Assembly: GCA_963775465.1 (NCBI GenBank)
Contig: CAVZIW010000006.1
Location: forward strand, 32,001-96,000
Source: Candidatus Bathyarchaeota archaeon
GTDB lineage: Archaea > Thermoproteota > Bathyarchaeia > Bathyarchaeales > Bathycorpusculaceae
Direction: 5' to 3'
Length of the DNA: 64,000 bases
The position numbers were made by a program, and so were the translations under genes. Positions 1 through 9,045 of this stretch are shown piece after piece. A model generated the notes under the pieces. It made no database searches. It saw only the letters and a list, made by a program, of their open reading frames with translations, and had not been told where the DNA came from. How positions within the stretch are numbered: the stretch's first letter is position 1; each line of letters opens with the position of its first letter.

Positions 1-1172
1 CACAAACCAGAGGCAAGCCGGAATCATCGTGTTGTAGAAAAGCTGACTGGGTAAGGGCTACCATGCAGTCAACTAAGTCGGCTTCGATTATGTTTTTACG
101 AATTTCTGCCTCATTGGATGAATTAGAACTCATGGAGCTATTGGCAAAAACAAAACCCGCAATTCCGTGTGGCGCTAGGTGATGATGAAGTGTTGGACCC
201 ATGCAAAGTTGGCGTTTCCTGTAGGTGGGACGCCGTATTTCCAGCGGATGTCTTCTCTGAGCATTTCGCCTTTCCAATCAGAATCATTAAACGGTGGATT
301 TGCAAGCAGATAGTCTGCTCTTAGGTCTTTGTGGAGGTCGTTTAGGAAGCTGCCTTCGTTGTTCCATCGTACTTCTTTTGATTCTATGCCTCTTATGGCA
401 AGGTTCATTTTGCAGAGGCGCCATGTGGTTTGGTTTGATTCTTGCCCAAAAATAAATATGTCATCTAGTCTTCCGCGGTGGGCTTCTACGAATTTTTCGC
501 TTTGAATGAACATGCCGCCGCTGCCACAGCAGGGATCAAAGACTCTGCCCTTGTAGGGTTCAATCATCGCAACAAGTAGTTGCACGATGCTTCTTGGGGT
601 GTAGAATTGCCCGCCTTTCTTGCCTTCAGCATCCGCAAACTGACCCAGAAAATACTCATAAACTCTGCCGAGGACGTCTTTGCTTCGGCTTTCCCTATCA
701 CCCAAACCGATGGTGCCCACAAGATCTATAATTTCACCCAACCGCTGCTTATCCAAAGCAGGACGCCCATAATTCTTTGGCAAAACACCTTTTAGCGATG
801 ATTATCGCGCTCAATCGCGTCCATTGCGTCATCAACGATTGTTCCAATGGTCGGTTGCTTAGCGTTCTTCTGCAAATAATCCCAACGCGCCTCAGGCGGA
901 ACCCAAAAAGCATTCTTAGCCCTGTACTCATCAATATCTTCAGGGTCAGACAACTTTTCAGGGTCATTCTTTAACGATTCATAGACTTCTGTAAAGGCGT
1001 CGGATATGTATTTTAGAAAAATCAATCCCAAAACTACATGCTTGTATTCTGCGGCATCCATGTTATTGCGCAGTTTGTCGGCGGCTTTCCAGAGTTTATC
1101 CTCAAAACCCACGTTAGCGCCATTGCCGTTTACTGGTTTACCGTTTAATCCTAATTGCTTAGCCAACACCAT
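1..1172 (-). CDS. hsdM: Type I restriction-modification methyltransferase subunit M (runs off left edge; frameshifts near 800 and 185)
   Basis: [26 protein letters not shown] (motif I), NPPF (motif IV). ORFs 792-1172 and 175-783 join if one C is restored ([11 protein letters not shown]); same at HFIHHLAP. Confidence 0.92.
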
Positions 1173-1258
1173 TCCTCTTCTTAAGATTAAGCTTATTTAT
1201 GGTTATTTAGCAAATAAGCCTTTACTGCGTGCGGTGTTAGGGCTTAATCATATTAGAA

Positions 1259-2387
1259 TTAGAAATCGGTTCCGTAGTATTTGTAAAAATCTGTAGTGTA
1301 AGTCTTGTTACCAATCATTACACTTCTAATGTTAATCTTTCCTCGGAATCCACCTAAACTTCTGGAATCCAACCATTGCCATGAATAAGGACGTGAAGCA
1401 AACCACATATTTTTAAGTCCATTTCTATCCTCAGGCTTTAAGATTAATCCTCTTATTTGCATTATTGGCGCTTCTGAGGATAAGTATCTATCAATAACTT
1501 TTTGGTCTTTGAGAAAACTCAAGTTAACTGTCTGAGCACAACGCGGTTGCCTTTTTTCATCAGTGTCTATTGATAAAACTACTTTGTTCCTTTTCTTTTT
1601 CGGAGAAGTTAAAGCTATGTCAGCTATTTCTTTAGAATTGGAAAAAACCTCTTTAGAGGATTATTTTCTAAGTCGACAAAAAAATAATGAGCCCATCCAA
1701 GTGGAAAAATAACAGGCGAATTTCCTGTGGTAAGACCTATTCTATCGATAAGTTCTTCCGTTGGATAAGCGGTTTCTTGAAAATTATTGTGAATGTTGAA
1801 CATAAAGTTTGTAGGAATAAGAATTAGCCGACCATGATTAGGTAATATTTCAATAGATCGCTCAAGCCACTTAAGGCAAGTGGGAAGCTGCTTTGGCAAA
1901 CAGTGTATTTGAATATTATTAGAGGGAGAAAAAACTATTGTTGCTTCTTCAAGATTCTCTATATTTCTTACTGTGTAAGAGCATAAGCCTTCCGTCTGAA
2001 GTGGTCGATTTACCTCGACTGTACAATTGCCTTTTCTGTTTATCTTTAGTCTAGTTTCTTCATAATCAATGTTTGACTTATAATCAATCTCTACTTTGAA
2101 ATGCATGTTTTCTTTTATCCCAGGAGGGCGGTCTCTTTGGTCAATTTCCAATATACTCTCTACTTCTGAGAAGTGGCGTCATCCATAGGTCAAGTGTAAG
2201 CTAAGAGAGAACAAAGCGGCTTTCAGGGAATTTTTGTAAGTGCTTCTATCAAGTAATAGATACGGACGACCATCACTATCATTTATAGTTCCTAAGACAT
2301 AACCTTCAGTCCCTCCCAAAGCGACCCATCTTTCTTTTTCCAAGAGACTGCAATGTAATCGCCAGTTTTGGGCTTTTTATCTTTCAA
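1259..2387 (-). CDS. Unknown ~370-aa cargo protein, interrupted (ORFs 1624-2151 and 1259-1522 plus upstream open frame)
   Basis: Frame upstream of 1522 stays open to ~1630 and joins ORF 1624-2151 if one A is added (PILK-EIADIALT); frame above 2151 is open apart from a TGA at 2179-2181 and a probable shift near 2310. Confidence 0.5.
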
Positions 2388-2468
2388 ATTCTTGCCGCCT
2401 ACCGAAATACCCCTGGGGGGGTCTGTACTCATATCAATATTATATCGAAAATAAAAGTGATAGTTAAA

Positions 2469-2653
2469 ATGTCAGAGGAAATAGTAACAACCGCAAAAGC
2501 GTACTTTGCCGATAAGTCAAAAGTAATAGTCATTCCCAAAATTCTAAGAAAAAAATAGGGGAGCAAAATACTGACTTTTTCATTGTCAAACTAGACGAAA
2601 AGCAACGTATAATCTTTGAACCAATAAAGAGGGTGACATTACTTGGCAGTTAA
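2469..2653 (+). CDS. Small AbrB/MazE-like DNA-binding protein (frameshift in A-run near 2550)
   Basis: Manual translation MSEEIVTTAKAYFADKSKVIVIPKILRKK/IGEQNTDFFIVKLDEKQRIIFEPIKRVTLLGS has the AbrB IVIPKxxR...IIxEP pattern; absent from ORF track. Confidence 0.65.
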
Positions 2654-3614
2654 TGACAATGACACTTTGGAGTATTGGAAAGGAGTACTTTCTCCCAGTG
2701 AATATAAGGCATTTAAGTGGACAATGCTTGACCCCACTAGGCCATTCTGTTCTGGAGATTTAATGGAGGTATTGCAAAGCAATTCTAAAGGTTCATCAAG
2801 AAACGTTATTCTAGAGCTAAAGAAGCAGGGGTTAATCGAACCTTATTGTCGGTCCATATGCGCTTTCTACAAATTAAAAACTGTCGATAAATCTAAAATG
2901 AGGAAACCGATGACATTACACCGTATGGAGGGCAATGGGGTTAGGCGTATCCATGTTGATCCTATTGCTTTGTTGGATTCGTTGCCAATGGAGGAACTTT
3001 GCAAGGTTCATGATGTTAGGTTAACTTTCTCTGCAAGCGGATTTTATAATGCTTTATTATCGACTGGTCTATACCAGTTTGACACTAATTCTAAAGATAT
3101 TCTGTTCGGTGATTTCATATGGTTAAAGTATCGCTCACTTAAGGTATTCTTGCATCGTAGTGGCACTGTTACCTTCCAGTTAGATTGCAGTAACTGCCCA
3201 ATAGAGGCTTCAACAATGGGATTCGTTAGCTTAGCAGGCTTTCTTGGAGGGATGCGTAAAGAACTGTCTATCGCTTGTAAGGGCATCAATCCAGAAATGA
3301 AAGAGGAGTCTATCCCGATAGTTGACTACTGGAAGGTTGTCATGTGGCATTACGGCAAAGACTCTGCCCAGGAATTTAGCGGTGAAGACTTCAACATTAC
3401 ATTCAAACTGTGGTGCGGGGAACTTGCAAGAATTTACGTTCACAAGCAAGACCATTCTCGAAAGGTAAGGTTTGAAAAAATCGAGACCCCCAAGAAACCG
3501 CTTCAGCAAGTAATCGCAGATAAACTAAATCTTGATTGCAGCAGGTGTGTAAGATGTTTAAGGCAATCGTTATTACTCCTAATGATCGTACAGTTGATTT
3601 TGGCTGTTTATTAG
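2643..3614 (+). CDS. wHTH-containing protein, putative Rep_trans/MOBT-like replication initiator or relaxase
   Basis: N-terminal wHTH-like SRNVILELKKQGLIE; C-terminal WHYGKD...RIYVHK...RFE resembles Rep_trans motifs; element context. ORF is certain, function inferred. Confidence 0.45.
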   Translation: MAVNDNDTLEYWKGVLSPSEYKAFKWTMLDPTRPFCSGDLMEVLQSNSKGSSRNVILELKKQGLIEPYCRSICAFYKLKTVDKSKMRKPMTLHRMEGNGVRRIHVDPIALLDSLPMEELCKVHDVRLTFSASGFYNALLSTGLYQFDTNSKDILFGDFIWLKYRSLKVFLHRSGTVTFQLDCSNCPIEASTMGFVSLAGFLGGMRKELSIACKGINPEMKEESIPIVDYWKVVMWHYGKDSAQEFSGEDFNITFKLWCGELARIYVHKQDHSRKVRFEKIETPKKPLQQVIADKLNLDCSRCVRCLRQSLLLLMIVQLILAVY

Positions 3615-3781
3615 CTATTGCTCGAGCTGAGGCTTGTCGTCGTGAGCAGGTTAAGGTGAATCCTACGGTTAGGGCGTTGGTGTTTGTTGCGGAGTTGGGG
3701 GTGTATGTTGCTGTTTATGAGGCATCTGACTCTGAAAAAAATGAAAGTAAGAACCTAAAGGAGAATGTAGGCTATGGTTGA
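3553..3781 (+). CDS. Small hypothetical element protein (start at ATG 3553 or TTG 3536)
   Basis: ORF overlapping neighbours in an operon-like run leading to the integrase. Confidence 0.5.
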
Positions 3782-4142
3782 ACGCGCGCGAGATCTTGTG
3801 TTTGTGACTTATCAAGATCATGTTTTGTTTAATCGATCCTCTGCTTTGGCTGTTAGGCCCCAAGTTCGAGAAGCTGTGGGTTGGCTAGTTTATGATTGCG
3901 ACTGCTATGTTACGATTAGTTGGGACAGAGATGCCGAGCCGCCGACGTTGAAGGGCGGCGACGCAAAAGCTTCTGGGCTTGTCTTGCTAAAAACAGACAT
4001 CATAAAGTTAACCAAGTTGCCATTACAAAAAATTTCAGAATGGCAATTAAATTCACCACAAACCATAGTTAGAGACGAGTATGCGCTCAAACCAAATGAG
4101 CGAAAAACTCGCCCTTCAGAAAAGGAGAAGACGGAAACATGA
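3774..4142 (+). CDS. Hypothetical element protein (small beta-rich domain)
   Basis: 122-aa ORF with ATGA overlap to the integrase; VxVxYxDH...VGWLV pattern. Confidence 0.6.
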   Translation: MVERARDLVFVTYQDHVLFNRSSALAVRPQVREAVGWLVYDCDCYVTISWDRDAEPPTLKGGDAKASGLVLLKTDIIKLTKLPLQKISEWQLNSPQTIVRDEYALKPNERKTRPSEKEKTET

Positions 4143-5566
4143 CAACCGAAACCATACAAACTATACCGCAGCCAATCATCCGCACTCGACAGCTGACCAT
4201 TGAAGAACTAAAAAACCTACATTTACCCTTCAAAATACAAGGAGAACTTGTAATCTTCCAAGAAAGCCTAAGAGGCTACAAACTCCATCAGCCAGTCACA
4301 GTGAAGCTAGAAAAGATGCTTGCAGCCAAAGAAAAAGGCTTAGTTGCATACATCATAAACACCTTCCTAAGCGATAGACCCGCAATCATACCATTCGTTT
4401 TCGACAACCAAAGCATAATCAAGATGGCTCGTCACTTCCTTCGCCACTGCTCAGGATCCTTCGATAGCTGCCGAAGCTACACCGTACAAACCCAAAAATA
4501 CTCAACATGGCTCGGATACACCCCAGACCTAATAATAAAAGACCTCAAGCCAGTCGGCAACATTCCAGACAATCAAAGAATACAAAACCACGCCGGATAC
4601 CTTAGTGACTACCTAGCTGAACTACAAGATGAAGGTCTCAAACCCGGAGCAGTCAACAACTACATAAAATCAGTCAAAACATTCTACCGAGTCAACGGCG
4701 TCAAAATCGAACTCTCAGAACCCCTAAGCCGTCGAGTCACCTACAAAGACCGAGCACCAAAACCCGAAGAACTCGCAAAACTACTCGACATCGGAAACCT
4801 GCGAGAAAAATTCATCATCTCAACCTTTGCATTAGGAGGATTCAGAGAAGGAACCTTCTCAAAACTACTCTACCGACACATAAAACACGACATGGAAGCA
4901 GGCATAATTCCTCTCCACATACACGTAGAAGCAGAAATAACCAAAGGCAAATACCACGACTACGACACATTCCTAGGAACAGAAGCAGCAAACTACCTCA
5001 AACTATACATACAACAAAGACGCCAAGGCACAAAATATCTGCCCCCCGAAGAAATAAACGACGACTCCCCACTTATCCGAGATTGCAGCAAAACCCAAAT
5101 CAAAGGAATAACAACCAAACAACTACGCAAAATCGTCCACGACCTCTACGTAAAAGCAGGTCTAGTCACACAATCTATGGGGCGCTATTATGACCTCAGA
5201 ACCCACAGCGTAAGAAAATACTTCAAAACCCAACTAATAGCCCTAGGCGTTCAGTCTGATTACGTTGACTACATGATGGGTCACACAGTCGGTACATACA
5301 ACGACATCCAAAGCATCGGGATAGATAAACTCAGAAACATCTACGCTGCCTCAGGATTATCGATAAAACCCAAGACACAGGTAAGCAAAATCGACGCACT
5401 CAAAGAAATTATTCGAGCGTGGGGAATGAACCCTGAGCAACTTCTAACAAGAGATGCACTTACTCAAAACGCCACCACAGAAAAACAAGACGAAACCAAT
5501 CATCAGCTGGCAATTTTAAGACAACAACTAAAACAACTCATCAAAAACGACATATCATCAGTATAA
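4139..5566 (+). CDS. Tyrosine recombinase/integrase (intact)
   Basis: Catalytic set: GGFREG (R), TKGK (K), HSVRK (HxxR), MMGH (H), GTY (Y); abuts tRNA 3' end. Confidence 0.93.
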   Translation: MTTETIQTIPQPIIRTRQLTIEELKNLHLPFKIQGELVIFQESLRGYKLHQPVTVKLEKMLAAKEKGLVAYIINTFLSDRPAIIPFVFDNQSIIKMARHFLRHCSGSFDSCRSYTVQTQKYSTWLGYTPDLIIKDLKPVGNIPDNQRIQNHAGYLSDYLAELQDEGLKPGAVNNYIKSVKTFYRVNGVKIELSEPLSRRVTYKDRAPKPEELAKLLDIGNLREKFIISTFALGGFREGTFSKLLYRHIKHDMEAGIIPLHIHVEAEITKGKYHDYDTFLGTEAANYLKLYIQQRRQGTKYLPPEEINDDSPLIRDCSKTQIKGITTKQLRKIVHDLYVKAGLVTQSMGRYYDLRTHSVRKYFKTQLIALGVQSDYVDYMMGHTVGTYNDIQSIGIDKLRNIYAASGLSIKPKTQVSKIDALKEIIRAWGMNPEQLLTRDALTQNATTEKQDETNHQLAILRQQLKQLIKNDISSV

Positions 5567-5584
5567 ATGGTGTATGTACGTCAG

Positions 5585-5659
5585 CGGGTCCGACGGGAAT
5601 TGAACCCGCGACCCCCGGATTAAAAGTCCGGTGCTCTAGCCTGACTGAGCTACGGACCC
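5585..5659 (-). tRNA. tRNA-Lys(TTT)
   Basis: Minus strand GGGTCCGTAGCTCAG...CCGGA-CTTTTAA-TCCGG...GGTTCAATTCC...CGGACCCG forms a full cloverleaf. Confidence 0.97.
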
Positions 5660-6180
5660 GCGCTTATTTAGTTGCGCTGATAGGAAAACGCGAAGGGGTT
5701 TTTTAGTATTTCGATTAAAAAATGGATAAAATGCAAAGGGCTGACCGTTTTTCTAGCTTTCAGGATTGTTGTTATGAAACTTTTGATTTTGTCGCGAACT
5801 AAAAATGGTTCTAATAGTTTCTGAACCTTTTTCGGTTAGTGGTAATAATTCAGAAAAAGTATAAACAAATAAACAAACTGGACGTTTAAAGTAGTCCCTG
5901 TCTTTAAGAAACGTCAGATTAAGCAAAAAATCCTATTCATATGTGTCAACATAACTCTATCTAAAAGTTCGATTGTTAACATTTATATGTTGAGGCAGGA
6001 TAGCATTTTTCGAGAAAAATTACAATGTTCATGTTCATAAATCCGTGGGGAGACAACGGTTTTTAACTTCAAAATTACCATTTTCTTGCTATACTGGCAA
6101 CTTTTAATAGTTAACGATATATGTGCATGTTAACAAACGTTATCTCTAATTTTACCGTAGCACACTACGGTGCCTTAAAC

Positions 6181-7806
6181 GTGATTTCATGGAAATACAC
6201 ATTTAAAAAATTAAACGAAGAGTACGAAATTGCCAACAAAAAGAAGCAAGCTCTAGAAAACCTGTATCAAACAGGCAAAATTTCTCAAGCCACAAAAGAC
6301 TCTTTTGCCGGAGACATTGAGTCTGCAATAGTGGAAATTGAAAAACAACGCAAAGACCTCGCTGAAAGAATGCAAGGAAAAACCCAAGAACTAGAAGGAC
6401 AAATAAAAACATTAGAAATGCTTCTCGCTAACTATGAAATTCAACATGTTATTGGAGAAATAGAAGACGAAATCTATACTCGAGAAATCAACCTTCTTTC
6501 AAACACACTTGATGCAACACGACATGAACTCAGCATAATCAAAGACGCTTCAAACCAGCTTCTCCCCGAAGAAATGCCCCTTCAAACTCCAGAAGCTCCA
6601 ACTGTTGCAGCCGAAGTTACTGTTGAGCCAGCTCCTGTAGAAACGGTTCCTTTAGAGACTCCTGTTGAAGCAACCCCATTAGAAACTCCAATCACAGAGA
6701 CACTCACAATTGAGCCAGCTTCAATCGAATCTGCCCCAATTGAAACACCTATTGAAACCATGGCGGCAGAACCGACTCCTGAAATTGAGAGTGCTCAGGT
6801 TGAAGTACCTCCAGTTGAAGAGACAGCTTCTATTGAAACTGCTTCATATGAAGTTGCGGAAGCTGAAGCAGCTCCAATTGAAGTTCCAGTTGAAGCTCCT
6901 ATCTTTGAAGATGCTCCTGTTGAAGAAGCAGTCCCAATGGAAACCTCGGATGTTGAAGTTGCAATGGTCGAAGAAGCTGCCCCAGCTGAAGAAGCTCCAA
7001 TTATCGAAGCACCAGAAGTTGAAGCCGTAGAGGTTGAGGAATCAGCCCCAAATCTTGAAGACGCCGCACCAATCGAAAATGCAACAATTGAAGAAACTCA
7101 AATTGAAACTGTACAAAATGAAGAAGCCCCAACAATTGAGAGTGCCCAGGTTGAAGTACCTCCAGTTGAAGAGACAGCTTCTATTGAAACTGCTCCATAT
7201 GAAGTTGCAGAGGCTGAAGCAGTTCCAGTTGAAGCTCCTATCTTTGAAGATGCTCCTGTTGAAGAAGCAGTCCCAATCGAAACCTCGGATGTTGAAGTTG
7301 CAATGGTCGAAGAAGCTGCTCCAGCTGAAGAAGCTCCAATTGAAGAAGCACTAATAATTGACCCAGAAGAAACTCAAGTAAATAACGAGGCTGCTCCTGA
7401 ACTAATAATCGAGCCAGCAGTAGAAGAACAAGTAAATATGGAAGAGACAGAGACTCCAGTAATGGAAGTTGAGGAAGCAGATCAAGTTGAAGAAGCAACA
7501 ATTGAAGACCCTTCTGAGGTCGAAGCTTCAACCGAAATCATTGGAGACGCTGTGGCAGAACAGCCAGCAGTTGATGTCCCACTTCAAGCATTTGATGTAA
7601 CAGAACACGCTCCAGTCGAAACAACACTAGAAAAAGTGATGGACCCTATACTTGAGCCGGTTATCGAACCGACAATCGTGGAGGAGGCCCACGTTCCAGC
7701 CCACCCTTTAGAAGCGCCTCCGCAGGCGCCTTCGGAAGGAATGGAAGAAACAGACACCGACCAAGCCGCCCAAACAGACGAAAACGACGAAAGCACAACT
7801 GAATAA
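6181..7806 (+). CDS. CdvA-like coiled-coil protein with long acidic Glu/Pro/Ala-rich tail (likely start GTG 6181; ORF track 6121)
   Basis: N-terminal ~125-aa coiled coil (KKKQALENLYQTGKISQATKDSF) resembles archaeal CdvA; remainder low complexity. Confidence 0.7.
   Translation: MISWKYTFKKLNEEYEIANKKKQALENLYQTGKISQATKDSFAGDIESAIVEIEKQRKDLAERMQGKTQELEGQIKTLEMLLANYEIQHVIGEIEDEIYTREINLLSNTLDATRHELSIIKDASNQLLPEEMPLQTPEAPTVAAEVTVEPAPVETVPLETPVEATPLETPITETLTIEPASIESAPIETPIETMAAEPTPEIESAQVEVPPVEETASIETASYEVAEAEAAPIEVPVEAPIFEDAPVEEAVPMETSDVEVAMVEEAAPAEEAPIIEAPEVEAVEVEESAPNLEDAAPIENATIEETQIETVQNEEAPTIESAQVEVPPVEETASIETAPYEVAEAEAVPVEAPIFEDAPVEEAVPIETSDVEVAMVEEAAPAEEAPIEEALIIDPEETQVNNEAAPELIIEPAVEEQVNMEETETPVMEVEEADQVEEATIEDPSEVEASTEIIGDAVAEQPAVDVPLQAFDVTEHAPVETTLEKVMDPILEPVIEPTIVEEAHVPAHPLEAPPQAPSEGMEETDTDQAAQTDENDESTTE
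6784..7341 (+). repeat. Internal ~210-bp direct repeat (6784-7002 and 7135-7341)
   Basis: IESAQVEVPPVEETASIETA...EEAAPAEEAPI occurs twice with near-identical DNA; copy 2 lacks 12 nt. Confidence 0.93.
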
Positions 7807-8196
7807 AATAACTCTCCTTTTCTTTTCAATTCTAATTTTTCAAAAATAATTTCTTTCTATGCATCTCCTAACTAATTTTTGGCTTCAGGCAAAGAGTCCC
7901 GCTTGAGTTTATCGCATTTAAGGTGCTTAGTTTTAGATTTTTTCATGACTTAATGGGAAAATCATATTGAGCGGAAAGATAATTGATCATTGCTAGACCG
8001 TTTTGTGTTTGTGTGTTGTACAGTTCCCTTTCGTTATGCTCTGAGATTTGAAATATTGGTTTAGACGCTATATTTTACGTATTGATCTGTAGCTGTGTTT
8101 TACAAGTCGCTTTTTTATATGCTTTGATTATGTGCAAGGCTTTATCTTCACGTATAACGATAAAGAAGACATAAGACAACAAGGATAAGATAACAA

Positions 8197-8562
8197 ATGA
8201 ACACAAAATATCAAAAAGAAGTCCAGACAAAACTCACAAAAGGACTCTTAGACACGATAATTCTGCAATACCTACAGCAAGAAAGCATGCACGGCTACCA
8301 GCTAATCACAAAAATACGCAAAGGATTCGGAGTATACTTTGGACCCAGCACAATCTACCCGATGCTTGGCTTACTTGAGAAAAAAGGTTACATACAAAGC
8401 GCCTGGAATATGGATTGTGAAAGACCCAAAAAAGTATACAAACTAACCGAACAAGGAAAGAACGTCCTAAATTATGCTGAAAACTCACTAATCATGATCT
8501 GCCAAAAAATAGCGCCAGAAAGCACAACAAGACAAGACTTAACCCCCATACTTACGGCATAA
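8197..8562 (+). CDS. PadR family transcriptional regulator
   Basis: HGYQL...GPSTIYPMLGLLEKKGYI...KKVYKLTEQGK. Confidence 0.92.
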   Translation: MNTKYQKEVQTKLTKGLLDTIILQYLQQESMHGYQLITKIRKGFGVYFGPSTIYPMLGLLEKKGYIQSAWNMDCERPKKVYKLTEQGKNVLNYAENSLIMICQKIAPESTTRQDLTPILTA

Positions 8563-8642
8563 CCCTCAAGGGGAATCCAAAAGTTTGCAGGGGCACAAAT
8601 TCAAAAAACACCGTATCTATAAATCGGGAAATAGTTTGTGGG

Positions 8643-8936
8643 TTAAATAACGGTTAGTTTCCCGAATTTACCCACATTCAGTTGTAGTTCGCTCTTAAAG
8701 CTGGTAACATAGCCGTTTTCGATTTTAATGTTGTCGCCTATGCTAACCATATCTATTTGCTCGTTCCAAAGGGTAAGTTTTATACTGCCAGTTTCGTCTG
8801 CGACTACAGCGTCCACAATTTTGTATGTTTCATCTTTATATCTGGATTTAACTTCACGGGGATCGCTTTTTTCTACAACCTTAGCTTCAACATCAACTCG
8901 TTTCATACCATCATGCAAATCTTTAATCGTAACCAA
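8643..8936 (-). CDS. ssb: Single OB-fold ssDNA-binding protein (SSB/RPA type)
   Basis: IKDL...VADETGSIKLTLWNEQ...IENGYV...LNVGKFG. Confidence 0.88.
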   Translation of the reverse strand: MVTIKDLHDGMKRVDVEAKVVEKSDPREVKSRYKDETYKIVDAVVADETGSIKLTLWNEQIDMVSIGDNIKIENGYVTSFKSELQLNVGKFGKLTVI

Positions 8937-9045
8937 TTTAATTCACTTCTAAACTGTCGTTACGCTTTTTGTCTTTCAATCATATAAATCTTGCTAACTG
9001 AATTTAGGGACAAAAAGAAAGAAAAGAAAAGAAAGGCGGTGTTTT

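Larger units (their letters stand above)
1..5584. mobile_element. Integrative element (right part; left end outside window) inserted at the tRNA-Lys 3' end
   Basis: Tyrosine integrase ends 18 bp from the tRNA-Lys 3' end; preceded by small hypothetical genes, a putative replication/relaxase gene, an AbrB-like regulator and type I R-M cargo. Confidence 0.8.

Noticed and set aside
2179-2181. In-frame TGA as possible selenocysteine or recoding
   Set aside because: Lies in an indel-rich block, with no redox motif or recognisable SECIS; error or decay is more likely
6710-7531. Long alternative-frame L/K/Q-rich ORFs and periodic gaag motifs (possible array)
   Set aside because: By-products of the low-complexity Glu/Pro/Ala coding repeat; no repeat-spacer structure
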